A program made the translations under genes and the position numbers. This document shows, in pieces, positions 14,805 through 26,500 of a stretch of 64,000 bases of DNA. This DNA comes from Tubulanus polymorphus (Eukaryota > Animalia > Nemertea), in assembly GCF_964204645.1 (NCBI RefSeq), contig NC_134036.1, positions 372,001 through 436,000 of the forward strand, read 5' to 3'. The notes beneath the pieces are model-generated. The model had not been told where the DNA came from, ran no database searches, and was given only the letters and a program-made list of their open reading frames with translations. Each line of letters begins with the position of its first letter. Position 1 is the first letter of the stretch.

Positions 14805-17800
14805 AGCTGGTATTCATAGCGTGCAATGTCTTCATTCATATCAGAGATATCGTTATATCTATGAATTATTAAATTCAATCTGTTACTGACTTGAACAAAC
14901 AATTTCCTATCTGTAAAAACACGCACCTGACTAACGCGCGCGTCGACAGCTGCATCCGATTTCATACGTTCAATCAACGAGAATTTATATCATCAGAAAT
15001 CATCTTTATTTCCATAAAATAAACATTAAATTTACACATTGACGTATTTTATTTTTCACGGATGGTTGAAAAAATGGGTTTAAACAAACTGTTTGATTTT
15101 GATCCTAATTTACATTTTGAAATACAAACTTACTGTCTGGGGTAAATATACAGTATTGTTATTGCAGATCTAGTGTGATCTGTGCTGATAAACGGCGTGT
15201 TAATCGGTCTTGATTATTCATAAATCTGTTATATCCACAAGTCCTGAATTCAGTTTTAAATTCAATGAAACCTAATAATAACAACTTATTAACGCATCCC
15301 CTGGCTCGAACTCACCCGGGATTCTGCTGTTAATGATCAATAAAATCTGTTTATTAATTCATTGAGTTCAGCTCGAACGCTAACAGCTGATGTTTAGCTC
15401 AATTCGTGCAGCTGGTGTCATTCTTCTTGGTTATTAAACAGATTTAACATCATTTGATTTAACGCTAAATTGGTAGTCGTTCATTTACCCTCCTCCATCC
15501 CGACCCTTTGACTACCGCAAAACTTTTGATCATATTATTGCAGAATTAAAAAAACAACTCTAAATTCATTCGTTAAAATTTGAGCGTCGTAAAAAAAGTC
15601 ATTACGAAATTAAAATGAAAAACACCTGAATTCGTATTAATTCTGTGATATTGGAATGAAAAAGTTACAAGTTTTACAAGTTTTTACAACAAAGATGACA
15701 AAACTTCATAGAAATCGTTAATCGTTATTTTCGTTATAAGGTAATTCTCTGGGGAACGATTCGCGAATGTTTTGTCCTTTATCGAACCAGTATTGACAAT
15801 TCAGTTTATCGGTTTCCGCGTCGTAAACTTCCTCCCAATATTGCGATATTTTCGAACCGGCGTTGAATCCCGACGGTATGTGTCCGAATATCGCCTTCGA
15901 CTTATTCCCGATCAGTCCCCCGTATACGTTAACACCGTCCTTATAATCGAGGAATAGATCTCGACGTCCGGTCTGTACGATACCCGCTTTAACCGCGAGT
16001 ATCGACATGTAGATATAATCGGGGAACATTAACGGAGTTCGCTCGGCTATCGTCGATAGTTTAAACACGGTATCGTTAGTCATGAGAATATACGGACGGG
16101 ATAAATACGGAGGATACAGAGAATTAGTCCACTCGATACGTCCCGAGCTCTGATAGTGATCGGCGGAGAGCGAGTATTTCTTACCGCCAACTAGTACCGG
16201 CCATTGCTGCTCGGCGGCGCCGCCGTCGGCTACGCGTACTAAACTGCGGCGGATGTTACCGAACATGAGGTTGCGGTCTCTGAGCCGACCGCTCTCAAGG
16301 AGTCGGATCAGTTTAAACGGATTCAATAGGATATTCTCGGTAATTCGCAGAGTGTAACGAGCATTAGAACAGAACTCGCTGACCCAGTTCAATGCCGCGA
16401 CGTTCTTACGCGTCAGATTATAATAACTATCGACGAAATCCCGTTGAATGACGTCTTTATTTTTAAAATGTTCCTTAACGATTAGATACTGATTGGAGTA
16501 ATACTCGTTAGCGACGGTTTCCGTGCCGACGATGAACGCGAGTCGTATCTCGCGCCCGTACGCGACCGATAAACGACCCCAAGTCTCGCGGATAACTTTC
16601 CTTACGTAATACGACCCGACCTCCGACATCACGACCACCATCAAATACAAATCTTTCACGTTACACAAACTCGGGTTATTAATTACGTAACGATCGCCGT
16701 ACGGTTTCCACGGCGACGACGGTTTATTGTTGAAGTATTCGGCGGGTATCGGTGAACTGCGTTTCGGTTTGTGATCTCGTACGGCGGCTCGACGTCGTTT
16801 CAGTTCGTCGTTACCGATATAGTTATACCAGTGAGGTTGAGGTAGACCGCTCTGAGCCATCTTAAACAAACGATCGATCTCGACCTGAACCTCGGCGATA
16901 TTCGCTAGACTCTCCTCGACGGTCAACTCGCGTATACGAGTCCTACGCACGGAGATTACCTCGCGCTTATTACCCTCGTCGCTCCTCGCGAGGTCGCCCT
17001 CGGCAGCGGCCGGTACAATTCGACGGATCACGTCGATCTGATTGAAATCACGCGACGCTATGATACGTTTACGAGCGGCCGGTCGCCGAGCGTTGTTGTT
17101 GCTGTATAAATTAACATCGGAATTCTGCATATAAAACGCGTAGAATACGAACGTACTCAACGAGAATACGACAATAATCAACAATAGAAACGAGATAGTT
17201 ACTCGTTTAGAGCCGTTACCGTGGAAACCAGCACGCATTGTTATATCACACGCGCAATTGACTAACGGTTAATTAATTAAACCACTTCAGAGACGGAGAG
17301 CTGGAGAGAGGGAGCCTTTCCTCTTCATGCGTTACTGCGATCTATAGTCAACAGTTTGAAACTCTGAAATATATAAATATATGATTGAACGAACTGTGTA
17401 TTTACTGCAGCCTTTAGATTATTATCAAAGCCATCAGGACGACATCTCATCGGCGAACTGCAGGCCTTCCAACTATCAATTCAATTACAGCTTATTGATT
17501 AAATATTGATCTATCCCAGTTACAGCCACAATGCGAAAAGGTCGACTGAATCCAAGCGATAAGTAGTTTCAGAGTTTTATGTATCAAGTATTCACGCAGC
17601 TGATGCTTAAAACCGATGTTCCGTTGTTGTTAGGATTTAGTCCGAGATAGACATACGAATATCAGTAAATCGTCATCAAATCTCCTTCAACCCTCGATCA
17701 TTGCAAAATCTACTCACTGTCGCTTGAAATAAGTCTGACTATTGACAAAAATAAGGAAATACCTCGCAGGTTGTGGGAGCTCTGAACCTGATGGTTACAA

Positions 17801-20800
17801 GTGTAAACATGAATCCACTGACATTGATGGCACTTTTAAATCCCTGTTGGTAACCTATACGTGTAGCTCGAGTTCTCGATATAGTATGCGTGTATATATA
17901 TATATATATATATGAGAGTATATATTTGTGACCTGGTCTTAGTAAGCTCCTATACAATACTTGTTAGCAGTGCTGAATACAATCCCTCCTGGCGAACATT
18001 AAACTCATGCCTGAAATAAACAGGCATTCATTCAATTGAAACTTTTATTACCTAGCTTTTTAAACGTTTTATTCAAAAGAATCTCTGAAGCGCGTTTTAC
18101 AATAAAACAGTCAAGTATTAGGCGGGCTAAAAAAAATCAATAAGATACCAGTACCAGGACATGTGCAGCAATATCAGATATAGATACCAAATCAATATCA
18201 GTGGTACGACGTTTTAAAGCTGGTGCTATATTGAACTATATAGACTAGCGGACAATGTGTTCATACGGGGTCAATTACTGGTTTATTGCTATGGTTACTA
18301 TTTACGAGAGTTTGTTTATATACTGGTCAAAGCCTCTCTGATCAGTTTTTATCCCTCGTCGTGAATAGAATATGTCTACTCAACAATATGATCCTGTTTT
18401 ATTTTTCACGATTCAATTATTTCACCTCAATCATGCATATGAACGTGCACGCGTTACCATAGAAACTAACACGAATACGCACACATTTAGACGTCGGGAG
18501 TTGGTTTTTATGTGATTTAATGTCGCCGAGTGATAGACAGGTCGCGGGGATGAAAGTGGGGTTAGGAGTGTTAATTAATACGTCCGGCTGGGTGGATCCG
18601 GTAGGGTGGATCCCACTGGGTGGATCCCCGTATGAAAAATATACTGCACTTAGTCTAATAATGATAAGCCAATATTTTGTTGTAAAGTTTAATCAGCCGT
18701 GTGGAGATGTGTGTTTTATATGAGGTTGGCTAATATCAAATAGATCGTTCTATTCATACTACACTGTGCATATATCTCACCCTGTTAAACTGGTATATCT
18801 CTGTGAACACTGCTCAGCAGTGCAGTATGGGTGGTAATTATAAATTACACACAGTCAACTCATTACTAAAAACCAGTCGTCAATTTATTAATTAGCCACG
18901 CTTGTAGCCTTCACTTGGCTAGTTGCTAAGTAACGTGTCACACAATGGCGAGTATTCACCTACCTGTAAACAATAGCGCGCACAGAGCAGAGGAAAAATA
19001 TCCAATACCTTAAAATCTGTAGCTGCTCGTTACAGGGTCATTTATTATTAACTCACATTAATCTGGAAATATTTGATTTCAATTTCAACATTGTGCGTTG
19101 TCCGTCGTCCGATAGTTCTCATGTTTATTTAGAAAATATAAATATACCTTTATCTTATCAGAGACACTAGCTAACACATCCCTGGAGGCCCCTGGAGTAT
19201 TGTCGCGGGTTAACTCTGTCATTAGGATATGATTGTAACCTAGTGTTTCTATTCAACTATACCGATATATATACACTCGGTATAAGGGTATCACATTACC
19301 CTGTACTGGCTATTCATTGGATTCTTGTATAAAATTGTTCTTAATCAGTCTAGTATCAATGATATTCTGCTGGTAGTTTTGATTTGTGAACTATTAGAAT
19401 TAAGATAGCTGAAGTTATCCCCTCGTTAGAACGTCCCCCCCCCCCCCGCCTCCTCTCCTGGATCAGTGGATATTGAGTGGTGATGAGTGGTACTCTTAGA
19501 GACCACCCACTGCTACTCATCTATTCACTCAATACACAGTGTTCCAAAGAGTGCATACATCTTTTAGCCTTCTATTCAACTCTTTTTCAACTCTTTTATG
19601 TCTTATAGAAAATCAGTTCATTTGTTGAATTACATACACAAACATTACCTTGTATTAGTAAACAGTATGCATTAGTATTTAGAGTCCATATTTAAGAGAC
19701 ATGATTGAGACACAGACAGCATCAGTGAGATACAGAGTGAATACATCCTCTCCTCGTCGGTCTCTCTCTCTTCATCGCCTACTGATCAATAGTCTATTCA
19801 TATATCCGCTAGATGGCACCACTGATAACTGCTTGTGTGTGCTTGTGTCATTAGGCGTCAAATTTGAACGCGAATTTAAACAGCTAACTTTCATGCTATC
19901 ATCAAATACATCATATTCTTAAACAACTTCAGTATTTGATCAAAAATACATGTATTTTTGATGATATATATTATATTTATGATGAAATATTTTATAGCTC
20001 GATCCTTGTTAAGACTATAACTATTTGAGTTTTAGAATATGAATTTTGAAATTCATATATAAACATGAATTAATGTTGTATATGTTTATTTATTTGCAGA
20101 ATTCATTGCATCAATTAAAGAAAGCGATAAAAGGTTTTGTAGTAATGAGTGATGTATTGGAGATGGTTTATACTGCGTTCCTGAATAACCAGGTTCCGGA
20201 GCTATGGGCGAACGCGGCGTACCCGTCGTTAAAACCACTCGGTAGTTGGGTTAAAGATCTTATATTGAGATGTTCGTTTATCGACCTGTGGATTCATCAT
20301 AACCAACCAAAATCATTCTGGATCTCCGGATTCTTTTATCCTCAAGGTAAACTATTCAACTATTAACTGTGATAATTAGTTGCTGTTTGTGAAACGGAAT
20401 CGTATTTGACGTGATTTCAAATGATTGCTCCAAGCTAAAATAGAGGGTCGATTAGGTCCTGGTGTATCGCAAGTGAAACTATCATCCTGCCCTAGAGCCC
20501 AGGGGCTGCAGTTGCTTAAAAGTTGGTTAAAGATAACTGGCAGACTACCGTAGTAACAATGAAGTTTTAATTGTCACAATGTCAACTATCCACTGGTTAA
20601 CTCTAAGCAACTTTTCAGCAACTGTAGCTGCTCATGATAAGATTTTTAAGTCGTTATTTACTGACACCTACGAGCAATTATCTTTAGATAATTACTACGA
20701 GCTGAGACTAGGGGTCAGTTTAGAAAGAGAATGATGACAAACTTCTGAATTAAGATTTCAGATGAAGAAATTTAATCGAAATTGAATAAAAACTCTTTTA

Positions 20801-22522
20801 AATGTATAGAGATATCTATAAGAAATGAATTGATGGTTTTGTTTTACAGGTTTCCTGACGGGAACGTTACAGAATCACGCGAGGAAGTACAACCTACCGA
20901 TCGATCATTTATCATTTAAATACGTTGTGTTACCGAGTTACAGAGATCAGGCAGACGTCGCCGAGGGAATGAGTAAATTACAGTTTGGAGAAGAATTAGA
21001 TATGGATAAAGAGGTAGGGAATAATACACTCTATTCTATAATACGTGGCCTCTTTAATCGAACAAGTGGCAATTTATGTCAACTTGAAGTGAATGTCTAA
21101 ATGTACGTGACTCATTTTCGTACTTGAAATGAAATATGTATTGATAGATGATTTGTGAACACGGTCTTGCCTTCTTTTCTTATCTCACCTTCTCCTTTCC
21201 TCCCACTCAACTCTCTGCTTATAATCTCTTGCATCTATACAACGAACATTCAAGTTTTTAGTGATTAGAGAAATTTGCAACCGAAGAAATTGTAGAATTT
21301 TAGAATTAATTGAAATAAAGCATCACACGCGTCCTTCAACAAAACAACATCGGAATAATCATAGTTCAGTTCAAAAATGAGAAAATTTTGATTAAGAAAT
21401 ATTTGAAAAACAAAATCAACCGAATATTTTAGAATTTATGAAGGTAATCGATACTCTATTAGATGCATGGTCCTCGAATTCAATGCATGATCCTCAAATA
21501 CATCGCATGATCCTCAAATACAACGCATGATCCTCAAATACATCGCATGATGCTCATATTTCATATTTCTGAAATTAGGCTTTGATTTTAATACAAATCT
21601 AAAATCTGAATCTGTATAATGCAGTTTATAATAACTAGTTCATGTTTCTCTCACCAGATGGAGTCACCTGAAGACGGTGTATTGGTACACGGTTTGTTCA
21701 TGGATGGATTCCGTTGGGACGACGAGCGCCACCTATTAGCCGACGCGAAAGCCGGTGAAATGATGTCGTCTTTGCCGATGTTACATATGGAACCTCAAAT
21801 GGACTTCGAACCGGACGAAGCGAATTACGTTTCACCGCTTTATAAAACGGGTGAACGTGCTGGAACCCTTTCTACAACAGGTCAGTGACACCAGGGCGGC
21901 GCCACATACCTGCAAATCAGGGGGATAAGTCTGGGAAATTTCTTTTCTTTGAAGAAGTTAGGGAATATTGTAATTTTGTTAAAGAAGCTAAAAATCAGGG
22001 AAATTTGTTGGGATTGCTAATAGTCGGGGAAAAAGTGGCCACCTTGTCCTAGTTAACGACTAGCAGCTATAGAACTATTCTACAATGATATAAGTCAAGC
22101 TCTCTACTAATGTTGTGTTGTGATCAGATGAATTGTCAAGTCAATTTTGGTCATCCAAGTCAATTGTCTAAGTTTAGTTTGTCGGCATAATGATCTTGGT
22201 CCCAACAACAACTACTTTCAAGTTTCACCGTATAAAATATAATTGATTTCATCCCTTAGAGTAGATGTTTCTGGTTGATCTCAACAAAGGTCTATTTTGA
22301 ATTATGAACAAATGAATTTGTTTTCTGAATCAAATATCTCACAAAACCCTAATGGTCGGGCTTTTAATGAATATTTGAATTGCAACTGATTCGTGGTTCT
22401 CCTCCATTCTATTTTCAGGTCACTCGACTAATTTTGTGGTAGCTGTTTATTTACCGTCTGACCGCCCTCAGGATTACTGGATCGCGAAGGGTTCCGCTCT
22501 ACTCTGTCAACTCAATGAATAA
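104..22522 (+). CDS. DNAH6: Dynein axonemal heavy chain 6, 3' portion (AAA4, stalk/MTBD, AAA5, AAA6, C-terminal domain); 5' end lies upstream of the window
   Basis: Phase-compatible GT-AG exons: (..5), 104-264, 840-990, 1187-1368, 2473-2659, 3099-3335, 3986-4210, 4762-5844, 6082-6254, 6464-6644, 7056-7235, 7787-8020, 8165-8311, 8796-8954, 9339-9529, 10008-10101, 10761-11001, 11413-11513, 11828-11932, 12572-12808, 13437-13607, 13899-13985, 20100-20346, 20850-21013, 21658-21880, 22419-22522. Motifs include [16 protein letters not shown] (AAA4 P-loop), [23 protein letters not shown] and SLGQGQG. The C-terminus [34 protein letters not shown] is DNAH6-type. Confidence 0.95.
438..575. mobile_element. 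MITE family A (about 130 bp, GGGCC(G/A)GTT termini, PIF/Harbinger-like)
   Basis: Terminal inverted repeats gggccggttcc / ggaactggacc and an internal cttaag-rich palindromic body. Further copies at about 4312-4443, 6695-6821, 7325-7442, 11066-11200, 13224-13330 and 55366-55492. Confidence 0.75.
4312..4577. mobile_element. Two abutting MITEs (family A then family B), each bounded by CAG
   Basis: cag|gggctgcagttgcatag...atgcaactggccc|cag|ggctgcagttgctcaaaag...ttttcagcaactggccc|cag. Confidence 0.75.
12385..12512. mobile_element. MITE family B (about 128 bp; TIR gggccagttgctcaaa / tttgagcaactggacc; CTG flanks)
   Basis: Clear TIRs and a shared core (aactatccactggttaactctaa). Further copies at about 4447-4574, 8337-8472, 9030-9185, 20503-20625, 38260-38416 and 56698-56822. 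Confidence 0.78.
14705..14801. repeat. (TA)n microsatellite
   Basis: Long TA run with one interruption. Confidence 0.98.
15718..17238 (-). CDS. GT31 family (beta-1,3-galactosyltransferase-like) type II membrane protein, single coding exon, nested antisense in a DNAH6 intron; catalytic motifs degenerate
   Basis: 506-aa ORF with an N-terminal TM helix ([24 protein letters not shown]), a stem, and GT31 motifs [21 protein letters not shown] and YPPY. CpG-rich codon usage matches the other exons. A minus-strand acceptor (tttcag) near 17365 suggests a 5' UTR intron. Confidence 0.85.
   Translation of the reverse strand: MRAGFHGNGSKRVTISFLLLIIVVFSLSTFVFYAFYMQNSDVNLYSNNNARRPAARKRIIASRDFNQIDVIRRIVPAAAEGDLARSDEGNKREVISVRRTRIRELTVEESLANIAEVQVEIDRLFKMAQSGLPQPHWYNYIGNDELKRRRAAVRDHKPKRSSPIPAEYFNNKPSSPWKPYGDRYVINNPSLCNVKDLYLMVVVMSEVGSYYVRKVIRETWGRLSVAYGREIRLAFIVGTETVANEYYSNQYLIVKEHFKNKDVIQRDFVDSYYNLTRKNVAALNWVSEFCSNARYTLRITENILLNPFKLIRLLESGRLRDRNLMFGNIRRSLVRVADGGAAEQQWPVLVGGKKYSLSADHYQSSGRIEWTNSLYPPYLSRPYILMTNDTVFKLSTIAERTPLMFPDYIYMSILAVKAGIVQTGRRDLFLDYKDGVNVYGGLIGNKSKAIFGHIPSGFNAGSKISQYWEEVYDAETDKLNCQYWFDKGQNIRESFPRELPYNENND
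19805..19819 (+). promoter_or_regulatory. CTCF-type motif between the 5' region of the nested GT31 gene and the next DNAH6 exon
   Basis: ccgctagatggcacc matches the CTCF core CC(A/G)(C/G)YAGR(G/T)GGC(A/G)C. Confidence 0.5.
21465..21555. repeat. 20-bp tandem repeat (gcatgatcctcaaatacatc), about 4.5 copies
   Basis: Direct inspection. Confidence 0.85.
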
Positions 22523-23128
22523 GGAAATGTGAAATGTTTGTAAATATAACTGTGATAGAAACAATTGATTCATTCTCCTAAATCCGTCCAGAGATTTTAA
22601 CAGATATTTGTGATTGAATATTTTGAATACTGCTGTGATGTGTTGCTATTCTTCTATGACACAAAATATTGTTTATTTTTTTTGTTGAAATTGTGTAAAA
22701 CCCCCGTATAACAAAAATAGGCCTAAACGACAGATTTATATTTATTCAGAATAGTTTTTAACTATAGATTTAATCCGTCCTATGATTTTGATATATTTGT
22801 GATGAAAAATGATATTCGTATTTTTTGAAGTGATGAATTTTTGACGGCGAGACAAATAAAAACCGATCTTCGCTTGTCTTCAAGCTCCGTCCTGTTATAC
22901 TATTATTATTATACATATATTGAAATAGATTGTACTGAATATTGAAACAAAATTGTTGACTTGTTCTTTTTCAAGATGTTTTTGCATTTTCTTTCAGCTA
23001 AAACAAGTTTTCGCCGAGTTCAAATCTGCTTCATACATTCCAAATAACTAAATAAAAACACAAAACTCTTGTAAACATTGTTTTAAATTAAGTTTATTTA
23101 TTTTGTATAATACATGAATAGAAAGATA

Positions 23129-23180
23129 CAGTTGAACCTCGTTAATAACTTGACAATTTTGTATTAACGAGGTTCTACTG
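23129..23180. mobile_element. 52-bp Tc1/mariner (pogo/Tigger-like) MITE remnant forming a hairpin in the probable MCCC2 3' UTR
   Basis: ta|cagttgaacctcgttaata ... tattaacgaggttctactg (19-bp arms, 1 mismatch). Related ends at about 8541-8735 and 57690-57722. Confidence 0.6.
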
Positions 23181-23529
23181 TGTATTACAACTATTTCGTT
23201 TGGTTTCAGCACTCGTTACAATGCAGTAGATACCAGTTCTTATTCAGCGCTAGTACTTTATTACATTTCATGATTCTTAAAACATTACCAGATATTTGTG
23301 TCTAGGAATTGTTAAAGTTATGCTTACACTCACACACTATTAACATCACCGCAAATCCTGCTAAACATACTACTGTCCTAGTACAGATCCACCCCCCGAA
23401 TATCACTATACATTCCTGGCTCCAGTTCCGCATGTTCGAGTTAGGAGTTAAACACGGCACACTTTCGATGAGTTAACTTGGGGGGAGTCGAAACTTTCAG
23501 GTGCAGCTCTGCGCGATTCAAACTGTCAT

Positions 23530-26500
23530 CTACATGCGAAAAATTCCAAAGTTCGTTTCCGGAATTGGCGCGTTAAGTGAAGCGCTTAAACTGAGTCCTA
23601 GCACATCTCTAGTATCAACTGGATCGATAACACCGTCGTCCCATAACCTATAAAACAATATATACATATATACAGACCAGTGGTACGTGTGTGCGTCGAC
23701 TGATGATGGCTAACAGTTGTTAGCCGAAACGTCGCTCCTCAAATACAATCATTCTGATATAGAATTTTTCAATTTTGGCTTCGTTATTGTGGGATTTCTC
23801 TCGTCATCATCATACACGGATATTGTGTATCTACTCGTCTAAACGTGTGTGTGTGTCTTGTAGTAATGATAATATTGGACTGACGGCTGAGATGTAGCAC
23901 GTACCTAGCACTGGAGAAATAAGGACTTCCTTCGGCTTCATATTTCTGTATGACCGGATCTTTTAAAGCTTTTTCTTCATCTTCATTCCACTAAAAAATA
24001 TCATAAAAACAATCGCTTTCACATGTGAACTCGTCAGGACCTCGACCTCTCATCGATTGTGGCTGATGATATAGTTACCTCTTTACCCTCTCTCTTTCTC
24101 TGTTCTCTAGTGATTTGAGCGAGTACGTTCGCAGCTTGTTCACCACCCATTACTGATATACGAGCATTTGGCCACATGAACATAAACCGCGGACTAAACA
24201 TGAGAAAAAATAATTACAACTAAATCTTACTAAGGCTGAATACATTTGTCATCTGGGTAAGTCGTCACATTACTGAAGTCATCTCTATTCTTAGATATAC
24301 AACTTATAAGTTGTCATTTGGATAAGTCGCCAGATTACTGAAGCCATCTCTAATTTTCAGAGTCTGTATTTCTAATTCAATTTACTAAGTATGAGTCGTC
24401 ATTTGGAAATAAGAGTCATCACATTACTGAAGTCATCTCTATTTTTGAGTCTATTTGTGAATTTACTCAGTGTAAGTCATCAATATCATGATTGTTGACA
24501 CTATGTTAATGCAGAGTTTCGCTGTAATGCACATAAAACTAATAGCACACTCACCCGTAAGCTCGGCCGCACATTCCATAGTTTCCTGCTCCGTAAGAAC
24601 CTCCGACTATCACAGTGAATTTAGGAACTTTAGCGCAAGCAACAGCAGTTACCATCTTAGCGCCGTGCTTCGCGATACCGCCAGCTTCGGCCTCTCTTCC
24701 AACCATAAAACCTTTTAACGCAACAACAAGAATTGTGAAAACCACTAGTCATCAGCAAAGTGAAAATAGATTATTGAAGATAATTCAGTACTTTACCTGT
24801 GATGTTCTGTAAGAATATCAGAGGTATGTTTCTTTTGCTGCAAATTTCTATAAAATGCGTTCCCTGCAAACAGACGAACAAAACTCCATGTATTGTAAGA
24901 GCGGAATTGAAATTTGGAGAGAATTCAGGAATATTTAAGAGGTTTTTATACCTTTAAAGCTGATTCGGCAAATAATACACCATTATTACCAACAATACCG
25001 ACAGGGTAGCCCCATAGTCGAGCAAAACCTGAAATAAATAAACAAACAGTTATCCCAGGGTCCCTATAGATGGATATGAAGAGTTGGAAAGGAGATAATT
25101 TCAAATTTTGAGGAGTTTCTGCATCACTATCATATCCAATTAACAGTAGACTCCTTAATCAACCTGAAACCTGTAATTCCATTTAGGCATAGTTTACTGC
25201 AAACTAGATTAAAATTTCTTGTTGCCTTTTTCTCAGAATGGAAGGATTTTAAAGGAGTTTCAAGAAGCATCTTTGAAAGCATTTTCTGTTTTTAAGGAAT
25301 CAAGGAGTCGTATGGACGTTCAAATAATAATGAGACACATAGGTCAAATATTTCAATCACCTGTTACCAGTGTATCTCCATACATGGCTTTAAACTCATC
25401 GAATTTACTGCCATCGACAATTCTAGCGATCACTTCTCGTATGTCGAACGTTTTCTTCAGATTCTCGCTGACGATTCCGTATAATTCATCAGCTGCATGA
25501 ATCGGCGATTCGGGTTCTTCAATCGTTACCTAGTAACAAGCGTATTATTGGATTTTGATTAATTTCAACTCAGTCTCGAGAATGATTTAATATGATATTT
25601 TTCAAACTGACTTGTGGATTTTTTTTGTAGTTGAGATTTTTGATAGCTCTTCTCGCTAAATGCAAAGCGTGTTGGTCGTCTATAGCATAGTGGTCAGTTA
25701 CACCGGACTTACTGAAAATACAAATTTAAATACAAGTTACTGCTGAGCACTCTTACGATGAGTATTTTTAGCAGGTAAGACTTTTGTTGTTAAATCACTG
25801 AGTTGGCCGGTACTGATGTGTTCTGCCTGAATAAGATGGTTTCAGTAGGATTTGAACCCATAACCTCTCGACTGTTACTCTCTTTAACACCTTATCCACC
25901 AAGCCACAACACAGGATTTTGAAGGCCAAAATACAAATCAAATCAACATTGTTTCTGATTTGAAATCGACACAGATTTATAGACGCATATTTTACCTGCA
26001 ATGTAAATTAGCTCCGCCTAAATCCTCAGCGGAGACTGTTTCACCGGTAGCTGCCTTTACCTGATGAGAAAAAACACCAAACATTTAAAACCTGAACATA
26101 AAATGCCAGGGCCAGGTTTCATAGACTGAGTATCAAAGTTATCCCTAGGGGTAAATCCACAATCTGGGTGACAACCATCATAGTAACAATGAGAAACCAT
26201 GGATATAACTTGACGAATTTCAAAATGTTCCCAGGGACTATTTTTCTTCCACATCTGGATTATTGGTTACTTGAATCACTGCATAAGATTGACTATTTTT
26301 TATAAGACTTACGAGAGGTGGCCCGGCCAGGAAAATTGTGCCCTGTTTTTTTACGATGATGCTCTCGTCAGCCATGGCTGGTACGTAGGCCCCGCCCGCC
26401 GTACAGCTGCCCATCACTACAGCTATCTGAGGAATTCCTAACGACGACATGTTCGCTTGATTGTAGAATATCCGTCCGAAATGATCTCGATCTGGAAACA

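Noticed and set aside
14660-14977. ORF with a YIYIYI run
   Set aside because: Translation of the (TA)n microsatellite.
24711-24716. AAG 3' splice acceptors (also at 27427 and 60311)
   Set aside because: Less common but canonical AG acceptors with frame preserved; no sign of U12 or non-canonical introns.
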